Source: Bacillota bacterium
GTDB lineage: Bacteria > Bacillota_I > Bacilli_A > Izemoplasmatales > Hujiaoplasmataceae
NCBI GenBank assembly: GCA_035379945.1
Contig: DAOSWG010000006.1
Coordinates: 49,450 to 73,449, forward strand
Direction: 5' to 3'
DNA length: 24,000 nucleotides
The notes under the pieces are model-generated. The model did no database searches, was not told the origin of the DNA, and saw only the letters and a program-made list of their open reading frames with translations. The translations under genes were made by a program, and so were the position numbers. Position 1 is the first letter of the stretch, and each line of letters opens with the position of its first letter. Below, one piece after another: positions 19,273 to 24,000 of the stretch.

Positions 19273-19843
19273 AAAAGATAATAAAGCGGGAAAATGTCTT
19301 GAACTTTTCGCGCTTTTCTTCAAAATAGGCCTCTTCACCTTCGGCGGCGGCTACGCTATGATTCCGTTGATCGAAGCGGAAATTGTGGAAAAAAAGAAAT
19401 GGATAAGCAATGATGAATTCTTGGACATCATCGCCATCGCAGAATCCACTCCAGGGCCGATCGCCGTTAATTCGGCAACTTATATCGGATATCGCAAAAA
19501 AGGCTTCCTAGGGGCGCTTTTTGCGACTTTGGGCGTTATTATGCCGTCGTTTCTGATCATTCTTATGATATCGCTGTTTTTCTTGCAGTACAAGGAAAAT
19601 ATTTATATCCAATATGCTTTCAAAGGCATCCGTGTCGGAGTTTCCATTCTCATCATCATGGCCGGACTTCGATTGTTCAAAAAACTTAAAAAAGATATTT
19701 TCGGCTATATAATGATCGCCGTCGGTTTTTTCATTGCTCTTTTCGATCTGGTTCCGGTCTTGATCCTGATTGCGGCTTCTGGCGTCATCGGACTCGGACG
19801 CACCTTTATCATCATGAAAAGACAGGTGAGCAAGAATGATTGA
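19256..19843 (+). CDS. Chromate-transporter (CHR) family protein, short-chain, first of a pair
   Basis: FKIGLFTFGGGYAMIPLIE...ESTPGPIAVN is the CHR signature. The start is ambiguous (19232 or 19256), and either one overlaps the plsC 3' end. Confidence 0.8.
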   Translation: MPENPEKDNKAGKCLELFALFFKIGLFTFGGGYAMIPLIEAEIVEKKKWISNDEFLDIIAIAESTPGPIAVNSATYIGYRKKGFLGALFATLGVIMPSFLIILMISLFFLQYKENIYIQYAFKGIRVGVSILIIMAGLRLFKKLKKDIFGYIMIAVGFFIALFDLVPVLILIAASGVIGLGRTFIIMKRQVSKND

Positions 19844-20405
19844 ACTTATCAGATTGTTCCTGTCCTTTTTCAAAGTCGGTCTGTTTACCTTCGGCGGTGG
19901 TTATGCCATGATTCCGCTGATCGAAGACGAAGTGATAAACAATCAGTGGCTTGATTCCATGGATACACTTGTGGACTTCATCGCAGTGTCCGAATCGACA
20001 CCGGGACCGTTTGCCATCAACATCGCTACCTTCATCGGTTATCATGAAGCAGGAGTTTTCGGGGCGATTTTCGCCACTTTGGGTGTGGTAATGCCTTCTT
20101 TCATAATCATTTATCTTGTGGCAAAATTCTTTACGAAGATAGCCACAAACAGGTACGTTCAGGGATTTCTTTCAGGGGTCAAACCGGCTATTGTCGGCAT
20201 TATTTTGTCGGTTGGCATCGCCTTTTTGGTCCGAAATGTTTTCTCGACCGAAATTACGGATATAAGCCAAGCGATTTTGGACTGGCGTCTTCTTGCCATA
20301 GCCGGTGTGCTGATGGCATTTGTCATCGTATTCAAAAAAATGAATCCGATTTATCTTATTCTGATATCCGGTGCCTTAGGCTTGCTTGTCTTTGGCTTGA
20401 TGTGA
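19836..20405 (+). CDS. Chromate-transporter (CHR) family protein, short-chain, second of a pair
   Basis: FKVGLFTFGGGYAMIPLIE...ESTPGPFAIN. It is a paralog of the preceding gene and overlaps it by 8 nt. Confidence 0.8.
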   Translation: MIELIRLFLSFFKVGLFTFGGGYAMIPLIEDEVINNQWLDSMDTLVDFIAVSESTPGPFAINIATFIGYHEAGVFGAIFATLGVVMPSFIIIYLVAKFFTKIATNRYVQGFLSGVKPAIVGIILSVGIAFLVRNVFSTEITDISQAILDWRLLAIAGVLMAFVIVFKKMNPIYLILISGALGLLVFGLM

Positions 20406-20411
20406 GGTAAA

Positions 20412-21233
20412 ATGATGATAAGAATGTTTGCGGCCGATCTTGACGGAACCCTGCTTGGCAGGAAATCAAAAGTGTCGGAAAGAACCGTTGAAACGATTAA
20501 TAAGCTTAAAAAGGCCGGAATATTCATAGTGATTGCTTCCGGAAGATCGAAAGAAGAAATCATGAGTTTGGTATCGGATTTCCAGTTAGACATGTACGAC
20601 AAGGCATACCTGCTTCCGTATAACGGCGCTTTGACTATCAAGGCTGACAATATGGATATAATCAAAAGAACGACGCTTTCCAATAACGATCTTTCATGTA
20701 TCATTGGTGCGATTCACGATGCCGGTATGTTTTGCCATCTATACCCTGAAACCGGACTGATGGTTTCCGACGGATTGACAGAAGCTCAGATTCTCGGAAA
20801 AGAAGCCATGGGCGGTTTTACGACGATAAGCAAGAATCTGGAAAATATTCCCGCCTGGGCATATAAGATTTTGGTATTCGACAGCAAAGAAAAACTCGAC
20901 ATACTCCGTAACGGACTTCCGAGCGAGATAGAGGAAAAATACGGAGTATTCAAAAGCGCCCCGTTTCTATTGGAATTCTCAAACAAAATCGCCACAAAAG
21001 GAAGCGCGATGAAAGATCTTGCAGATAGTCTCGGGATCGATCAAGACCAAATTATCGCATTTGGAGACGAAGAAAATGACATATCGCTTCTCAATGAAGC
21101 CGGATTAGGCGTTGCCATGGCCAATGCGACCGATATTGTAAAAAAACAAGCGGATCTGATCGCCCCTTCCAATGAAGAAGACGGCGTCAGCCGGATACTC
21201 GAAGCCATATTAGAAGGAAAAGAGGAGATATAA
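20412..21233 (+). CDS. Cof-type HAD-IIB family phosphatase
   Basis: Motif I FAADLDGTLL, motif II ASGR, and motif IV GDEENDISLL. Confidence 0.85.
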   Translation: MMIRMFAADLDGTLLGRKSKVSERTVETINKLKKAGIFIVIASGRSKEEIMSLVSDFQLDMYDKAYLLPYNGALTIKADNMDIIKRTTLSNNDLSCIIGAIHDAGMFCHLYPETGLMVSDGLTEAQILGKEAMGGFTTISKNLENIPAWAYKILVFDSKEKLDILRNGLPSEIEEKYGVFKSAPFLLEFSNKIATKGSAMKDLADSLGIDQDQIIAFGDEENDISLLNEAGLGVAMANATDIVKKQADLIAPSNEEDGVSRILEAILEGKEEI

Positions 21234-22198
21234 TGCCTTTCGAAGTGGAAATAATCAAATGGTTTCAAAGTTTTCGTAATGGTTTCTGGGATCTTTTCTT
21301 CCAGCTTTGGACAATGTTTGGAGAAGAACTAGTGATCGTAGGTATCCTTGGATTCATGTTCTGGTGCCTGGATAAGAAAAGAGGAGAAGCGATCGGAATC
21401 ACCGTTTTCGCTTCATTGATCTTCAATAGCGCTTTGAAAGGATTTGTTCAGAGAATCAGGCCTTATGATGCCGATGCGGATATTGTTAATGTCAGATCCA
21501 GCACCACTGACAAATACTCGTTTCCAAGCGGACACACACAAGGTGCGGCTACGACATTCTTCAGTTTGTCCACGTGGATGAAAAAGCATTGGCTGACCAT
21601 ACTAAGCATCGTGGTTGTCATTATGGTTATGCTTAGCAGAATGTATCTGGGAGCCCATTATCTGACGGATGTCATCGCCGGAGGATTGTTAGGACTGGCA
21701 TTTGCTATCGGGTTCTACTATCTTTTTCAAAAAGTTAAAAATCGCGCCTTAATCTACTGGGTTACAGCCATAACGAGCATCGTGCTGGTGGTTGCTTCAT
21801 ATCTTTTTTACATTATTTCTATGCCGTCGTTTGACGCCGCTATGCAAACGACGGATGCGGATTACGTTTATTACGGCCTTGTCGGTCTTTTCAAGATGAC
21901 AGGTGCGATGCTGGGATTCGTTTTGGGTATCTCATTCGAAAAAAAGCGTGTGAACTTTGAAAACCACCGGGTAATTTGGAAAAACATCATTCGTTTTGCT
22001 CTAGGTGTTGCCATTGTAATGGGTGTTCGTTATGTCTTGAAGTATCTTTTCGGATTTATTGTCGATTCATCGGCGTTTGCCTGGGGGGACACGTTTAAGG
22101 CGACAATCGCGCTGATTCTTGACATGATAAGGTATTTGGCGATGGTATTTATAGGAATCGGAGTATATCCGCTTTTGTTCAAAAAAGTGAAAATATGA
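21233..22198 (+). CDS. PAP2-superfamily membrane phosphatase (undecaprenyl-diphosphate or lipid-phosphate phosphatase-like)
   Basis: All three PAP2 motifs are present: KGFVQRIRP, PSGH and SRMYLGAHYLTD. The protein has multiple TM helices. The start overlaps the cof stop by 1 nt. Confidence 0.85.
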   Translation: MPFEVEIIKWFQSFRNGFWDLFFQLWTMFGEELVIVGILGFMFWCLDKKRGEAIGITVFASLIFNSALKGFVQRIRPYDADADIVNVRSSTTDKYSFPSGHTQGAATTFFSLSTWMKKHWLTILSIVVVIMVMLSRMYLGAHYLTDVIAGGLLGLAFAIGFYYLFQKVKNRALIYWVTAITSIVLVVASYLFYIISMPSFDAAMQTTDADYVYYGLVGLFKMTGAMLGFVLGISFEKKRVNFENHRVIWKNIIRFALGVAIVMGVRYVLKYLFGFIVDSSAFAWGDTFKATIALILDMIRYLAMVFIGIGVYPLLFKKVKI

Positions 22199-22716
22199 AA
22201 TCGGGAGTTGAACAGAATATGGAAATAAGGAATAAGACCCTTTATGACAAGGACCTGATTATCAGATACAATCATTACTATCTTATGGATTTCTTGAAAA
22301 AAAACTCGTTGTTCGTCATTCTGACCGCTTGCGGTTTCGGGGCATATCTGCTCGTACAAAACGAATGGGAATACGCTTTGGCGATGGTAGGTATATTGGC
22401 AGCCTATTTCCTCTTGGCGATTGTCATGCAGATGCTGACGACCAAGAGAGCTGTGAAAAGAAGTCCGATAGTGGCTAATCCGGTGTATCAGACATACGTT
22501 TTCAAAGAAGACGAAGTGGAGATATTCAACATAAAGGCAAGAACAATCAAGTATGAAAATATCATCCGGATAAAGGAATCGAAAGAATTCTTGATTGTAT
22601 ACGATCTCGAAAAGAAAACCTTTATTGTCGATAAAAACGGCTTTGAAGCAGACAATGATTTAAATATTTTGAAAGATTTTCTAAAAGAAAAATTAGGAAA
22701 AAAATATCGAAAATAA
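22195..22716 (+). CDS. YcxB-like membrane protein
   Basis: Two central TM helices are followed by a small C-terminal domain resembling the YcxB family (called by eye). The ATGA overlaps the PAP2 gene. An alternative start is ATG 22219. Confidence 0.55.
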   Translation: MKSGVEQNMEIRNKTLYDKDLIIRYNHYYLMDFLKKNSLFVILTACGFGAYLLVQNEWEYALAMVGILAAYFLLAIVMQMLTTKRAVKRSPIVANPVYQTYVFKEDEVEIFNIKARTIKYENIIRIKESKEFLIVYDLEKKTFIVDKNGFEADNDLNILKDFLKEKLGKKYRK

Positions 22717-22747
22717 CCTAATCATAGGCTTTTTATAACATAAGTCG

Positions 22748-22776
22748 TTGACATATTTCAAACAGGATGATATTAT
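22748..22776 (+). promoter_or_regulatory. SigmaA-type promoter of the TetR-like gene
   Basis: TTGACA (22748-22753), a 17-nt spacer, then TATTAT (22771-22776). Confidence 0.6.
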
Positions 22777-22777
22777 T

Positions 22778-22805
22778 ATACCGTGCGGTCTAAACCATGT
22801 GGTAT
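22778..22805 (+). promoter_or_regulatory. Imperfect inverted repeat, candidate TetR operator or 5'-UTR hairpin
   Basis: ATACCGTGCGGTCT|AAACCATGTGGTAT. The arms match at 9 of 14 positions as DNA, and the mismatches are all transitions. It lies immediately downstream of the -10. Confidence 0.3.
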
Positions 22806-22821
22806 AACGACGGAGGACTTA

Positions 22822-24000
22822 ATGTCGACTAAAGATGGAGATTTGACATATTTTTTGAAATCGAACGAATCATTGTTAAGAGAAACGTTACGTGAGTTTG
22901 CAGAAAAAAGTTATGAATCGGCATCGCTAAACGAGATAATCAAACGCTCGTCTTTCAACAAAGGCAGTTTTTACTATCGATTTCCGGAAAAGAAATATCT
23001 ATATTTCGCTCTAATCGACGATTTATACACGAATATGCGGATTGTTTCATCGGAAGATGACTTTATCTTGGATAAGCCGGTGTCAATTAAAAACGCTATC
23101 AACATCCTTTTTGAAAATTTATATCGGATATATTGTTTAGATCCGCATTATTTGGGACTCCTATGCAATATATTCCTGGATACTCCAGAAATCCAAAAAG
23201 AAATCACAAAACAATGTTCAAAATCTTTTTTTGACGCTTTTGCAAAAAGATTTACCAAAACGATTAAACATTACGATTACGATAAGACAAATAAAACATA
23301 TTTCCTTTTAAAGGAAATTGATTTCCATTACAATGAAGCCATCAGATTATTGCCGGAACACCCGGATAACAATGATTTCATGAAGTTAGCCGAAGATACA
23401 TCGCTGTGGCTGGAAGCAATAGCCGGACCGCTTATTTCAGCGGAAATATTAAAATCATTGCATGAAGAAAACGCAAAATATGTAAAAACAAATGAAGATA
23501 ATTTCCAAAAAGATGTTGTTTTCATCAAACAGAGCGAAATATTGGGTATTATCGGAGAAAACGATCTAGAACTAGGCGAACTTGCTAAAGACATATTATC
23601 GAAAGACACGAAGAGAACAGATTTTCGTATCCGAGGAAAAATCAGAGAAAATGCGTTTCTTTTGGATACAAATCAAATAACAGAGCCAATGAACGGATCC
23701 CAAACTGTGAACTTAGCGATTAAAACAATCCTTAAAGCAAACAGTATACACATGGAGAAAAAAGAATTGGCGGTCTATTTGGAACAATTTTATTTAGAAA
23801 ATATATCAAATTGCAAATTATCCGCCTTGCCACCCACAGAAACGCTTTTTTTAAATCTGTTTGCCATTTTGTATAAAGATCCTTCCATGATAATTATACA
23901 AAGGTTGGATCAATGGATGGAAAGATACAAAATAAAACGATTTTTGGCGATTTTGTTGAAGTACAGGCCAAAAAAATGTACAATTGTGCTGACTATGAAA
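22822..24000 (+). CDS. TetR/AcrR-type HTH domain fused to a degenerate ABC-ATPase-like domain (3' end lies outside the window)
   Basis: This ORF is absent from the ORF track because no stop codon is reached. I translated frame 1 from ATG 22822 by hand and found 393 codons open to the window end. The N-terminus LREFAEKSYESASLNEIIKRSSFNKGSFYYRFPEKKYLYFALI is a classic TetR HTH. From about codon 230 the sequence follows the ABC nucleotide-binding-domain layout (details in the finding). GGAGGA lies 4 nt upstream. Confidence 0.7.
   Translation, partial: MSTKDGDLTYFLKSNESLLRETLREFAEKSYESASLNEIIKRSSFNKGSFYYRFPEKKYLYFALIDDLYTNMRIVSSEDDFILDKPVSIKNAINILFENLYRIYCLDPHYLGLLCNIFLDTPEIQKEITKQCSKSFFDAFAKRFTKTIKHYDYDKTNKTYFLLKEIDFHYNEAIRLLPEHPDNNDFMKLAEDTSLWLEAIAGPLISAEILKSLHEENAKYVKTNEDNFQKDVVFIKQSEILGIIGENDLELGELAKDILSKDTKRTDFRIRGKIRENAFLLDTNQITEPMNGSQTVNLAIKTILKANSIHMEKKELAVYLEQFYLENISNCKLSALPPTETLFLNLFAILYKDPSMIIIQRLDQWMERYKIKRFLAILLKYRPKKCTIVLTMK

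Noticed and set aside
22717-22738. Possible terminator after ycxB (CCTA-ATCA-TAGG followed by CTTTTTA)
   Set aside because: The stem is only 4 bp with a mismatch beyond it, which is too weak to call. Readthrough into the TetR-like gene cannot be excluded.
23328-23609. 93-aa antisense ORF inside the TetR-fusion gene
   Set aside because: It is Ser-rich and low-complexity, and it lies opposite an ORF with recognisable domains.

Overview
Chromosomal window from a low-GC Gram-positive-type genome (Bacillota or Mollicutes-like), with standard stop codons and AAGGAGG-type Shine-Dalgarno sites. Coding density is high and almost all genes are on the + strand. I found no rRNA, tRNA, CRISPR array, transposase, integrase or phage genes.

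Gene order:
- valS (3' end), folC, radC.
- A PTS block. A sigmaA-type promoter, RAT and terminator precede ptsI-ptsH. A second promoter, RAT and terminator precede a beta-glucoside EIIBC gene and a GH1 6-phospho-beta-glucosidase gene. These are followed by a LicT/BglG antiterminator, a stand-alone EIIA(Glc), a tandem NTF2/SnoaL-like protein and a Cys-rich orphan ORF.
- Two minus-strand genes: a coiled-coil lipoprotein and an alpha/beta hydrolase.
- glpK, a DUF3137 gene and lemA.
- A monocistronic tail-less SSB paralog.
- A tightly packed thyA-folA-plsC-chrA-chrA-cof-PAP2-ycxB string.
- A very AT-rich ORF that runs off the right edge. It looks like a TetR DNA-binding domain fused to an ABC-ATPase-like domain in which every catalytic motif is degenerate.

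Most interesting observations:
1. The general PTS genes ptsI-ptsH sit behind a LicT-type RAT/terminator that is nearly identical to the one in front of the bgl genes.
2. The TetR/pseudo-ABC fusion.
3. Uncharacterised genes are translationally coupled to the licT-EIIA genes.
4. GlpK appears to lack the canonical HPr-phosphorylated histidine.

I see no clear, complete novel defence or mobile system. All functional calls come from motif recognition by eye, not from database searches.
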